Below, one piece after another: positions 1 to 8,011 of a stretch of 64,000 nt of DNA. The notes below the pieces were generated by a model. It had not been told where the DNA came from. It did no database searches and was given only the letters and a program-made list of their open reading frames with translations. Source of the DNA: a virus (taxonomy: Duplodnaviria; Caudoviricetes); the IMG/VR virus record IMGVR_UViG_3300033073_001493, positions 4,927-68,926 of that record. One strand, 5' to 3'. How positions within the stretch are numbered: position 1 is the first letter of the stretch; every line of letters starts with the position of its first letter. The position numbers and the translations under genes are program-made.

Positions 1-15
1 CTGGAGATAGTTCGT

Positions 16-591
16 GTGGCGCCCGGCCTTTCGTCTGCGGACGAAACGGGCCGGCGATACGTCGGCACCGACGTCGGCGTTGACGCCGTGGGGCCCGAAG
101 CGGCCCCACGCTTTGAGCTCGTCGAGCGCGACGGCGATGGTTTCATCGTCAGAGCCGACGCGAACGGCCCCTACACCCGGGGCTGCCCGGGGGGGGTCGA
201 CAGATTCACTCCGCATCCGGTGGCTGGGGCCGGAACCGAGGGAGAGAACGTATACCTAGTCGCCTCGGGGCATCGCGCCTGGGGCGACGCGGGGCGACTT
301 GGGGCGCTTTTTGACCGCATCTATGTGGTCAAGGAGGGCGGCGCCCTGCTCGTCCGCCAAGCTGGCGGGAGCAAGGGCGTCGGCGCCCGGATCATCTGGG
401 CGTTCCGCGGCGCGCTGAAGTGCGGGACCATCGAAGAGTACTGGGGCGACTTGCCGGCCATCTTGGCCGGTAAGAGCCACGAGGAGATGAGGCGGTGGGA
501 AAACTGGTTTGCGATCAGGTCGCAAGCCACCACTGCGGAAGTGATTGCGAGGATCGCGGCGGGCGATCCTGGCCGCAAGGAGGTGTTCTGA
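16..591 (+). CDS. Hypothetical protein (5' end may lie outside the window)
   Basis: 191-aa ORF; its stop overlaps the next ATG at 591 (TGATG); no recognisable motif. Confidence 0.55.
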   Translation: MAPGLSSADETGRRYVGTDVGVDAVGPEAAPRFELVERDGDGFIVRADANGPYTRGCPGGVDRFTPHPVAGAGTEGENVYLVASGHRAWGDAGRLGALFDRIYVVKEGGALLVRQAGGSKGVGARIIWAFRGALKCGTIEEYWGDLPAILAGKSHEEMRRWENWFAIRSQATTAEVIARIAAGDPGRKEVF

Positions 592-995
592 TGAGCACCG
601 TCACCGCCATCGCCATCATCGTCGCGGCCGTCGAGCGCGCGGCCGCCGAGGCCGGCGAGCCGGCGCCGCTCGGCTGGCTCGATCCTCTCTGCGACTACGC
701 CGGGGCCGACGTGCGCAGCGTCAGGCTCGCGGCCCGCAGCAAGCGGCCGACGGTCGAGCAGGTCTACGACGCACACGAGAGCATCGAGCGCGACGTGATG
801 GCCGAGCAGGCCATGCGCGCGATCGCGGGATGCCAAGAATCAATGCGCGCGGCCGAGGCCCGTGGGCTGGCCGGGTGCGCGTGGGCAACGGTGGCGATGC
901 ACGAGTGGCATCGACTGCTGAAGGAGCACCACGCCCGTGGTGCGAAGCCGCGCCGGGCGGTGGGCCTGCGGCTGCTGCAAGGAGGCGCAGCGTGA
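591..995 (+). CDS. Hypothetical protein
   Basis: AGGAGG RBS before ATG 591; stop overlaps GTG 992. Confidence 0.6.
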   Translation: MSTVTAIAIIVAAVERAAAEAGEPAPLGWLDPLCDYAGADVRSVRLAARSKRPTVEQVYDAHESIERDVMAEQAMRAIAGCQESMRAAEARGLAGCAWATVAMHEWHRLLKEHHARGAKPRRAVGLRLLQGGAA

Positions 996-1567
996 AGCCC
1001 CGCCTGAAGCCGATGACGAGGGAAGAGCGCGAGGCAGCGCTTGAAGCTGCCAGCGCGGAGATGGTGGCGGCGATCGAGCTTGTTGGCGCCCAGCCGAATG
1101 AAGACGGCTGGTTTACGATGTGGCAGTTCTGCACGCCAGTCGTCGTCAAGGTCTCTGTGACAGCGATTGGTCACGTCGTGGTTGTCGGCAGCCGCACTGT
1201 TGACGTCAACGAGGTATTCTTGTTCGAGCCACAGGCAGACAGGCTGGCGCTGCTGAGGCGCATGGCGTCAATGCAGCCTGACGTACTGGGGTTTCACTGT
1301 CTGACCTGTGAGGATGACTGGCGGCCAGAAGTCGCCATCAGCGATCTCGACGGGTTTATCGCCGACCACTACTACGCGAAGAAGTCGGCCCGCCTGCTTC
1401 GCATTCGAGACAAGCTCTCTGACGGGTGCATGCGCTCCGATGTGAGCCGCGAACTGGACGCTCTCGAGTTGGACGAGGACGAACCTGGCAAGTGCGTCAA
1501 CGAACGCATCATCACCGCCCGCGCCATCGTGCGCAGGATCGTTGAGTTGCTGGAGGCGGCGCCATGA
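992..1567 (+). CDS. Hypothetical protein
   Basis: GGAGG RBS, GTGA overlap with the upstream gene, ATGA overlap with the next ORF. Confidence 0.6.
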   Translation: MKPRLKPMTREEREAALEAASAEMVAAIELVGAQPNEDGWFTMWQFCTPVVVKVSVTAIGHVVVVGSRTVDVNEVFLFEPQADRLALLRRMASMQPDVLGFHCLTCEDDWRPEVAISDLDGFIADHYYAKKSARLLRIRDKLSDGCMRSDVSRELDALELDEDEPGKCVNERIITARAIVRRIVELLEAAP

Positions 1568-1806
1568 CGGGCCCCCTGGCACAACGTCTCGCGCGCGGGG
1601 GCATCGGCATCACGATGCACCAGCCACGAGGGAGCAGGATGATCGCCGTCGAGCTCTCGCACGGCGGCAGACAGTGGCGAGGCGTGGGCGCTGACCCGGT
1701 GTCGGCTCTCACCGACGCCATCGCACCGGAACGCGAGTGCGCAATCGCTGAGCAGGTGGAGCGCGCGATGGATGACGTTCTCTGTCAGCGCTCAGAGCTG
1801 TCGTGA
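1564..1806 (+). CDS. Small hypothetical protein
   Basis: 80-aa ORF coupled by ATGA overlap. Confidence 0.45.
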   Translation: MTGPLAQRLARGGIGITMHQPRGSRMIAVELSHGGRQWRGVGADPVSALTDAIAPERECAIAEQVERAMDDVLCQRSELS

Positions 1807-1816
1807 AGGAGGATGC

Positions 1817-1996
1817 ATGGCACAACGACTAGGCGGATACATGGCCGACGTACCACTACCAACAGCGCTCGCGGTGCTTGCCCACGTCGCGCCCGAGGCG
1901 ACGCTGGCCGAGGGCCACGCGCTGCTCGAGCAGATGCGTGAAGAGGGTTGGGCGCTGGCCAAGCTGGCGCTCGGATTGAAGGAGACGGACGAATGA
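1817..1996 (+). CDS. Small hypothetical protein
   Basis: AAGGAGG RBS; ATGA overlap with the RecT-like gene. Confidence 0.5.
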   Translation: MAQRLGGYMADVPLPTALAVLAHVAPEATLAEGHALLEQMREEGWALAKLALGLKETDE

Positions 1997-2844
1997 CGAC
2001 AGCGAAGGACAACGTGCGGGCGATGCCCGCTAGCACGGCGCAGACGCAGGCGATGACCGTGGCTGGCGCCGCCATCGAGCCCGCGAACATGAACGAGTTG
2101 CGCGCGATGGCACAGGCGGCGAGCGCGTCGCGATTCTTCGGCGCCGCCACGCCAGAGCAGGCGTTGATGTTGATGATGGCCGGCCGTGACCTCGGCCTCA
2201 GCTACGTGCAATCCCTGCGAGCCTTCCACGTCATCGATGGCAAGCCCTCGCTCAGCGCGCAGGGCATGGTGGCGGTCTGCTTGAAGAGCGGCATCTGCGA
2301 CTACTTCGAGGTTGTCGAGCGCGCTGACCAGCGCGCCACTGTCCGCGCCAAGCGAGCCGGCAGGCCCGAGCATGTGATGACATTCAGCATCGACGACGCC
2401 AAGCGCGCCGGGCTTGTCGGCAAAGGCAACTGGGCCAAGTACCCCGCCGCCATGCTCGTCGCGAGGGCACAGGCCGCCCTCGCCCGCGAGGTGTTCCCCG
2501 ACTTGTTGCTTGGCCTCTACACCGACGACGAGATGTCGCAGGCGCACGGTGGCCACGCGCAGCCGTCGCCTGTCTTCGTCGACACCGATGGCGTCGTGGT
2601 CGAGAGCGGAGCCTCCGCCGTGTCGGCCGCCGACCCGTGGCTGCGCGCCATCGCCGAGGCTCGCACGCTCGACGAGCTGCGTGGCCGCGTGGCCGACAGC
2701 ATCAAAAGCGCCAACCTCGACCGACACGCTCGTGACCGCGCCATCGCCGCCTACCGTGCCCGCGAGGCCGAGCTCAAGGCGGCGCCCGAGCACCCACCAG
2801 CCGAGGCCGAGGTGGTGACGGCCGTGCCCGAGGTGCCCGCGTGA
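1993..2844 (+). CDS. RecT/Red-beta-like single-strand annealing protein
   Basis: Motifs AGRDLGLSYVQSLRAFHVIDGKPSL and NWAKYPAAMLVARA...REVFPDLLLGLYT are typical of phage SSAPs. Confidence 0.8.
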   Translation: MTTAKDNVRAMPASTAQTQAMTVAGAAIEPANMNELRAMAQAASASRFFGAATPEQALMLMMAGRDLGLSYVQSLRAFHVIDGKPSLSAQGMVAVCLKSGICDYFEVVERADQRATVRAKRAGRPEHVMTFSIDDAKRAGLVGKGNWAKYPAAMLVARAQAALAREVFPDLLLGLYTDDEMSQAHGGHAQPSPVFVDTDGVVVESGASAVSAADPWLRAIAEARTLDELRGRVADSIKSANLDRHARDRAIAAYRAREAELKAAPEHPPAEAEVVTAVPEVPA

Positions 2845-3009
2845 GGCGGCGAGCAACGACGCTATCACGCTGTGGGGCAAGGCCCGGCGCGAGGGCTGGA
2901 CGAGCACCTGGCACGGCAGCGGTGACGTGCGGGTCTACTGCCCAGAGCACCGCTACCTGTCTGACCGCTACCTGTCTGCAAGCAAGAACGAAGGTAAGGA
3001 GATAGCGAC

Positions 3010-3561
3010 ATGAGCAAGACGTTGAGAGAGCAGGCAGCGCTTCGCGCGTTCGAGGTGTTCCTTGTCAGCAAGCCAATAGGCGAGGCTGCGCGCAGGGCAG
3101 TGGAGGCCGCCGACGTGTTCGTGGCGGCGTTCGAGGGCAAGCCCGCACCGACGGGCGGCAGCGCCCACGAAGCGCCCGCCAGGCCGCAAGCGGAGGCCGT
3201 AGAGCACGAGGTGGCGAGCGACGCCGACCTCGATGGCAAGTATGGCGACCCCGAGGTCAGGCGCGACCCGAAGTCGTGGGGCGGCCCGAGCTATGTGGGC
3301 TGCAAGTTCAGCCAGTGCCCGCCCGAGTATCTCGACAAGCTGGCCGGGCTGTTCGACTGGCAGGCCAAGCAGGACGAGAGCAAGGGCGACCCGCGCGCGA
3401 AGTGGAAGCGACTCGACGCGGGTCGCGCTCGCGGGTGGGCGAAGCGCAACAACGGCCAGGGCAAGCCCGCAGCGGGCCAGCACCGCACGACGACGGCGGA
3501 CGAGGAGTTTGGCCGGGAGCCACCACCAGACGACGCCGCCATCGACGACATCCCATTCTGA
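3010..3561 (+). CDS. Protein with GKYG...PEYL..W module and SSB-like acidic C-terminal tail (DDIPF)
   Basis: AAGGAG RBS; ends DDAAIDDIPF; lies next to the SSAP gene. Confidence 0.7.
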   Translation: MSKTLREQAALRAFEVFLVSKPIGEAARRAVEAADVFVAAFEGKPAPTGGSAHEAPARPQAEAVEHEVASDADLDGKYGDPEVRRDPKSWGGPSYVGCKFSQCPPEYLDKLAGLFDWQAKQDESKGDPRAKWKRLDAGRARGWAKRNNGQGKPAAGQHRTTTADEEFGREPPPDDAAIDDIPF

Positions 3562-3638
3562 CAGCGTGCGTTCCACACAGCCCCGCTGTCCCCTGGCAAA
3601 CCAGGGGCGCGGGGCTTGGGGGCGTGAGAGGTGACGAG

Positions 3639-3851
3639 ATGAAGGCTTCTGACATCAAGGTCGGCGCAAGGCTGGTGTGGCGACGCGGCGACTGCGTGTG
3701 CGCCGTCGAAGTAGTCGAATCGAACGCAAGGGCCATCCGAGTGAGGCCGGCCGTGAGCGAAAGCGGCCTCTGTTACCACGCGGTGCCGGCTGACCTGTAC
3801 GAGACAGGCGAGGCGGCCATGCGAGACGTGTGCTGGTGGCAGTGCCCATGA
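3639..3851 (+). CDS. Small hypothetical protein
   Basis: GAGG RBS; ATGA overlap with the ASCH gene. Confidence 0.5.
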   Translation: MKASDIKVGARLVWRRGDCVCAVEVVESNARAIRVRPAVSESGLCYHAVPADLYETGEAAMRDVCWWQCP

Positions 3852-4300
3852 GGTGCATATCTCTCATACAGCCGTGGGCGTGGCTGGTGACCGCTGGCCC
3901 GAAGCGGATCGAGAACAGGGAGTGGCCGCTACCGCGCGGGCTCATCGGACAGCGGGTGCTTATCCACGCCAGCAAGACCGACCCGTTCAAGTATGGCGAT
4001 GCGGCGGACTTTGCCGAAAGCGCTGGCATCGATGTCGACATCCCGCAAGAGGCATACGAGCAGCGTGGCGGCATCGTCGGCAGCGTGCGCATCCTGGGGT
4101 CGATCCCAGCGGGCGTGAACGAGCACGTTGCCAGCGTGATCGCCGACGACGTGGCGCGTGGGCTCGACCTGCGCTGGTGGATGCGCGATCAGCACGGCTT
4201 CATCCTGGGCGACCCCAAGGTGCTGCCGTTCACACCACTTCGTGGTCAGCCCGGGTTCTTCGAGGTTGGCGCTCTCGACTTCGGCGGCATCGAGCCGTGA
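3848..4300 (+). CDS. ASCH domain protein
   Basis: N-terminal ISLIQPWAWLVTAGPKRIENREW signature; GGIVGSV; PLRGQPGFF. Confidence 0.85.
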   Translation: MRCISLIQPWAWLVTAGPKRIENREWPLPRGLIGQRVLIHASKTDPFKYGDAADFAESAGIDVDIPQEAYEQRGGIVGSVRILGSIPAGVNEHVASVIADDVARGLDLRWWMRDQHGFILGDPKVLPFTPLRGQPGFFEVGALDFGGIEP

Positions 4301-4611
4301 CCGCAGAGCTGCGCTTGCTGCTGTGGGCGCTCGTCGGGTCGGCCGTGCTGCTCGCGTGGCTGGCCTCGTGCGCTAGCTGACCGGATGACGTGGGATGGGT
4401 GATGGTGCTGCTAATGGCCGACGACACATGCGTGGATAGCCCGTGGCCAAGGCGAAGGCGGGCGCCGCCTCGGCGGGCCTACCGTCGCTGCGAGCGGTCC
4501 ACGAGGTGGTGCATCAACGCGATGCCGGGCAGGCCACCCGGCAATCACGCAGCGCCACCGTGGTGCGCGTGCGGTGTGTGGATGACTGACCGATGCAAGG
4601 AGCGATGAGCG

Positions 4612-5529
4612 ATGGGTGAGAACAGCAACATCTCATGGTGTCACCACACGTTCAACCCGTGGATTGGCTGTGCGAAGGTCTCAGACGGCTGCAAGCATTG
4701 CTACGCCGAGGGAATGCAGCACCGCTTCGGCGGCGGGCTGTGGGGTAGCGACGCGAAGCGTAGGCTCACTGCCGACAGCACATGGCGCCAGCCTCTCTCG
4801 TGGGACCGCAAGGCCAAAGCCGCGGGCGAGCGGCACCGCGTGTTCTGCTCGTCGCTGGCCGACGTGTTCGAGGACCGTGAAGACCTCGCCGAGCCGAGGC
4901 GCAGGCTCTTCCAGCTTATCGAGCAGACGCCGCATCTCGACTGGTTGCTGCTCACGAAGCGACCTCACGACATGGCGCGCCTCGCTCGTGCGGCCGGCTG
5001 GTTCGGGGACTGGCCGAGCAACGTGTGGGCGGGCGCCACGGTCGAGCACCAGAAGGCAGCGGATGCGCGCATCCACGAGCTGCTTCGCGTGCCCGCACGC
5101 ATACACTTCCTATCCTGCGAGCCCATGCTCAGCCCGATCCGGCTCACGTACAGGCTCGGATGCCACGCGGGTAAGGACGGTGAATGCAACTGGCAGCACT
5201 GTCCGCAACTACGCGACAGCGAGCCTGCACGTAGTGGCAGGCACTGCCCGCTAGACTGGTCGTCGCAAGACGATTACGAGAGCCCGCCGCGCATCGACTG
5301 GGTCATCGTGGGTGGCGAGAGCGGGCCGAATGCGCGGCCGTTCGATTTGTTGCACGCGGGGTCGCTCGTGCGCCAGTGCAAGCTGTCCGGCGTGCCCGTG
5401 TTCTTCAAACAGCTCGGCGCCAGCCCGGTGTTTGGCGGCAAGCCGTGGCCCCTCGCACACGACAAGCGAACTGGCGCCGACACGCGCGACTGGCCCGAGT
5501 GGGCCATGGTGCAGGAGGTGCCACGATGA
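4612..5529 (+). CDS. DUF5131 (phage Gp37/Gp68-like) protein
   Basis: ISWCHHTFNPWIGCAKVSDGCKHCYAE (CxxxxxxCxxC), VFCSSLADVF, WLLLTKRP, FLSCEPML, DWVIVGGESG, VFFKQLG. Confidence 0.9.
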   Translation: MGENSNISWCHHTFNPWIGCAKVSDGCKHCYAEGMQHRFGGGLWGSDAKRRLTADSTWRQPLSWDRKAKAAGERHRVFCSSLADVFEDREDLAEPRRRLFQLIEQTPHLDWLLLTKRPHDMARLARAAGWFGDWPSNVWAGATVEHQKAADARIHELLRVPARIHFLSCEPMLSPIRLTYRLGCHAGKDGECNWQHCPQLRDSEPARSGRHCPLDWSSQDDYESPPRIDWVIVGGESGPNARPFDLLHAGSLVRQCKLSGVPVFFKQLGASPVFGGKPWPLAHDKRTGADTRDWPEWAMVQEVPR

Positions 5530-5735
5530 GCACGCAGCGAGCCGTGTGGCTGTCGGTCGACCGTGCCGCAGCCATGCTCGACGTGTCGCCCGAGGCGCTG
5601 GCCAAGCGCCTCGCCAGGGCGGCGCGCAAGGCGCCCGACGGCGTGGTCGAGGCGAGCGTTGACGGTGTGACCGGCCGCAAGTTCGGCCGCGTCTGGCGCG
5701 TCCATCTGAGCGAGCGCTGGGCGGCGCCGAGCTGA
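5526..5735 (+). CDS. xis: Putative excisionase / winged-HTH recombination directionality factor
   Basis: 69-aa ORF with WLSVDRAAAMLDVS...RKFGRVWRV, directly upstream of the integrase. Confidence 0.6.
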   Translation: MSTQRAVWLSVDRAAAMLDVSPEALAKRLARAARKAPDGVVEASVDGVTGRKFGRVWRVHLSERWAAPS

Positions 5736-5776
5736 GGTACGATGTCGACGGCTCTCGCGAGTCGTCAGGAGCAACC

Positions 5777-6859
5777 ATGACGATCCGCAAGGTGACGAGA
5801 CGGGGCAAGCCCGTGCTGGTCATTGACATCGTGTACCGGGACGCACAAGGCGCCAAGCAGCGCTACCGCCGCGACGCGCAGGTGCAGACCATGACGGCAG
5901 CGCGCGCAGAGGAGCGCCGGCTCATCGGCGACCTCGCCGCGGTGGGCAGCATCGAGCACCACAAGGCGCCTGCCCCGGCACCGGCGACCGCGCCGAGCTC
6001 GGCGCCATCGTGGCAGGCGTCGCTCGATCGCTACCTCGCGGTACGTGGCCCGACGCTCAAGCCGTCGACCCGCAGCGGCTACGAAGAGGTGTCGGCGGCC
6101 ATCCTCACCCCGCGCTGGGGCGAGCGGCCGGTCGACTCGATCGACCACGCCGAGCTGCTCGCGCTCGACGCCTCGCTCGCGTCGCGCGGCGCCTCGTCAT
6201 CGAGGCGGCGCAACGCGCAGATCGTGGCGAGGTCGGTGCTGAAGCACGCGCTGCCTCGCGAGGAGTGGCCCACGTTTCCTCCACTGCCACGGGTGGGCAG
6301 CAAGGTGGTGCGGGCACCGTCGGAGGCAGACGTTGCGCGGCTCATCGAGTTCGCGCCGCCCGCACTCACGCTGCCCATTCTGCTCGCGTACTACGCCGGC
6401 CTGCGCGCTGGTGAGGTGCGGGGGCTCAAGTGGTGCGACATCGACCTGCGCGGGCGCGAGCTGCTCGTGCGCCGAGCTGTCTGCCGTGGTGTCGAGGCGG
6501 CACCGAAGAGTGGATCTGAGCGGCGCGTGCCGCTCGCCGAGGCGCTCTTTGCGGCGCTGTCCAGCGCACGCAGGGGCTCGCCTGATTCGCTCGTCTGCCC
6601 GTCGCCGAAGAGCAAGCGGGTCGAGCGGCCGTGGAGCGAGTGCGCGCTGTCGCGAGCGACGACCAAGCTCGCTAGGCGGCTCGGCCTGCGCTTCAGCTTC
6701 CACGGCCTGCGCCACGCGTTCTGCACCGCGCTCTTTCGGCGCACGACGCCGGCCAACGTGGTGCAGGAGCTGCTCGGCCACAGCAACCTCACCGTGACCC
6801 AGCGCTACGCCCACGCCACATCGGCCGACCGGCGAGCAGCGGTGGCGCTGCTCAACTGA
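5777..6859 (+). CDS. int: Tyrosine recombinase (phage integrase)
   Basis: Catalytic set present: YAGLR (R), APKSG (K), FHGLRH (HxxR), LLGH (H), QRY (Y); AGGAG RBS. Confidence 0.95.
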   Translation: MTIRKVTRRGKPVLVIDIVYRDAQGAKQRYRRDAQVQTMTAARAEERRLIGDLAAVGSIEHHKAPAPAPATAPSSAPSWQASLDRYLAVRGPTLKPSTRSGYEEVSAAILTPRWGERPVDSIDHAELLALDASLASRGASSSRRRNAQIVARSVLKHALPREEWPTFPPLPRVGSKVVRAPSEADVARLIEFAPPALTLPILLAYYAGLRAGEVRGLKWCDIDLRGRELLVRRAVCRGVEAAPKSGSERRVPLAEALFAALSSARRGSPDSLVCPSPKSKRVERPWSECALSRATTKLARRLGLRFSFHGLRHAFCTALFRRTTPANVVQELLGHSNLTVTQRYAHATSADRRAAVALLN

Positions 6860-6871
6860 GGCAACGTGGTC

Positions 6872-7170
6872 GTGGAAACAGCGTGGAAACGCCCTTCGGC
6901 AACGTCGCCACGGTGGCAACAGCACCGTTGGCCAGACTGTGATATCGCGGCCATATTCACGCGGTATCAGCTTGGAGCCACCTTCGGGATTTGAACCCGA
7001 GACCTACGGTTTACGAAACCGCTTCGCGTCCGCAGAGCGCGCCCCCTCCGGAGCAGCGAAAACACGCTGTTTTCTCGACTTGCGAGGGCCAACGGAGGGG
7101 AGCGCTCGGCGGACACGGGAGGACACGGAACGCATGGCAACGACACCCATCGTGGTAACGGAGTGGAAAC
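6872..7170 (+). promoter_or_regulatory. Putative integrase arm-type binding sites flanking attP (RTGGNAAC)
   Basis: GTGGAAAC 6872 and 6883, GTGGCAAC 6913, ATGGCAAC 7134, GTGGTAAC 7152, GTGGAAAC 7163; GGACACGG direct repeat at 7111 and 7121. Confidence 0.65.
6973..7022 (-). other. attP: attP core equal to the 3' half of tRNA-Thr(CGT)
   Basis: Minus strand reads GCGGT-TTCGTAA-ACCGT (anticodon arm, CGT), AGGTC, TCGGG-TTCAAAT-CCCGA (T arm), AGGTGGC-T-CCA; no D arm or 5' acceptor strand upstream; about 110 bp after the int stop. Confidence 0.85.
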
Positions 7171-7201
7171 AGCGAGCTCAGCCGGTGGCCGAGGTGCACC
7201 C

Positions 7202-7570
7202 ATGAGCAGGGTCGTCACCAGCACGCCCTTCGGCGACTACGTGCGGGGTGCGAGGCAGCGCGCCGGGCTCTCGCTGCGCGAGCTGGGCAAGGCGCTCGGC
7301 GTCTCGCACGTCTACGTGAGGGAGGTCGAGTGCGGCCACCGCCCGCCGTTCGTGCGTGAGCGCTGGCCAGCCCTCATGGCGGCGCTGCCCGGCATCACCA
7401 AGTCGGGGCTGGTCTACCACCTCGCGCTGACCGAAGGCGTCACGCTGAGCTTGGCCGACGCGTCGCCTGCGTACCGAGAACTGGCAATCGCGCTCGCCGA
7501 CCCCAGGGCCCGGGAGATTCGAGACGACGATGCGCTCGCCATCCTGAACGTGCTGAGGGGGCGCCAGTGA
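7202..7570 (+). CDS. XRE-family HTH regulator
   Basis: FGDYVRGARQRAGLSLRELGKALGVSHVYVREVECGHRPP. Confidence 0.85.
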   Translation: MSRVVTSTPFGDYVRGARQRAGLSLRELGKALGVSHVYVREVECGHRPPFVRERWPALMAALPGITKSGLVYHLALTEGVTLSLADASPAYRELAIALADPRAREIRDDDALAILNVLRGRQ

Positions 7571-7941
7571 GCGCCACGTCATCTGATGACCAGTGGTCTC
7601 TCATCGAGCTGCATCGCAGCGCCGACGGCATCGTGCGGCTGGTGGCGCAGGCGGGCCGCCACGGCCGGGCGCGGCACGCCACGGCGACCTGTCGGGGGCA
7701 GGTTTCCGGTGTCTGGCTCGGCGATCTGTATGGCCAGGTGCTGCGTCGCCACCTGGAGGCAGCGAGCAGACTGCGCGGGCTGCGAGAGCAGTGGCTCTCC
7801 GCGGCACGAAGGCACGAAGTGTGCGGTCGCCGTGTGCGAGCCACGCGCCTGCGTGAGCGCGCCTTCCTGCTCGGCGCCGCGCTGCACGAGTTGAGCGCCC
7901 TTGCCAACGTCACAAGCGAGCTGCCCGCGGGCGTTCCCTAG
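7567..7941 (+). CDS. Hypothetical protein
   Basis: GTGA overlap with the XRE gene; no motif. Confidence 0.4.
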   Translation: MSATSSDDQWSLIELHRSADGIVRLVAQAGRHGRARHATATCRGQVSGVWLGDLYGQVLRRHLEAASRLRGLREQWLSAARRHEVCGRRVRATRLRERAFLLGAALHELSALANVTSELPAGVP

Positions 7942-8011
7942 CACAGCGCCGCTAGTTGTCTGCGCCGCCACCGTGGGCGCACTGTCCCGATAGGCCCGAG
8001 GGCCGCTGACC

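Noticed and set aside
2949-2978. 15-bp perfect tandem duplication ACCGCTACCTGTCTG x2
   Set aside because: Two copies only, no spacer; lies in what looks like a start-less small ORF remnant; probably slippage
6973-7022. A complete phage tRNA-Thr gene
   Set aside because: D arm and 5' acceptor strand are absent; it is the attP core
6872-7170. GTGGAAAC repeats as CRISPR repeat 3' ends
   Set aside because: Only 8 nt, irregular spacing (11-220 nt) and symmetric around attP; better explained as integrase arm sites
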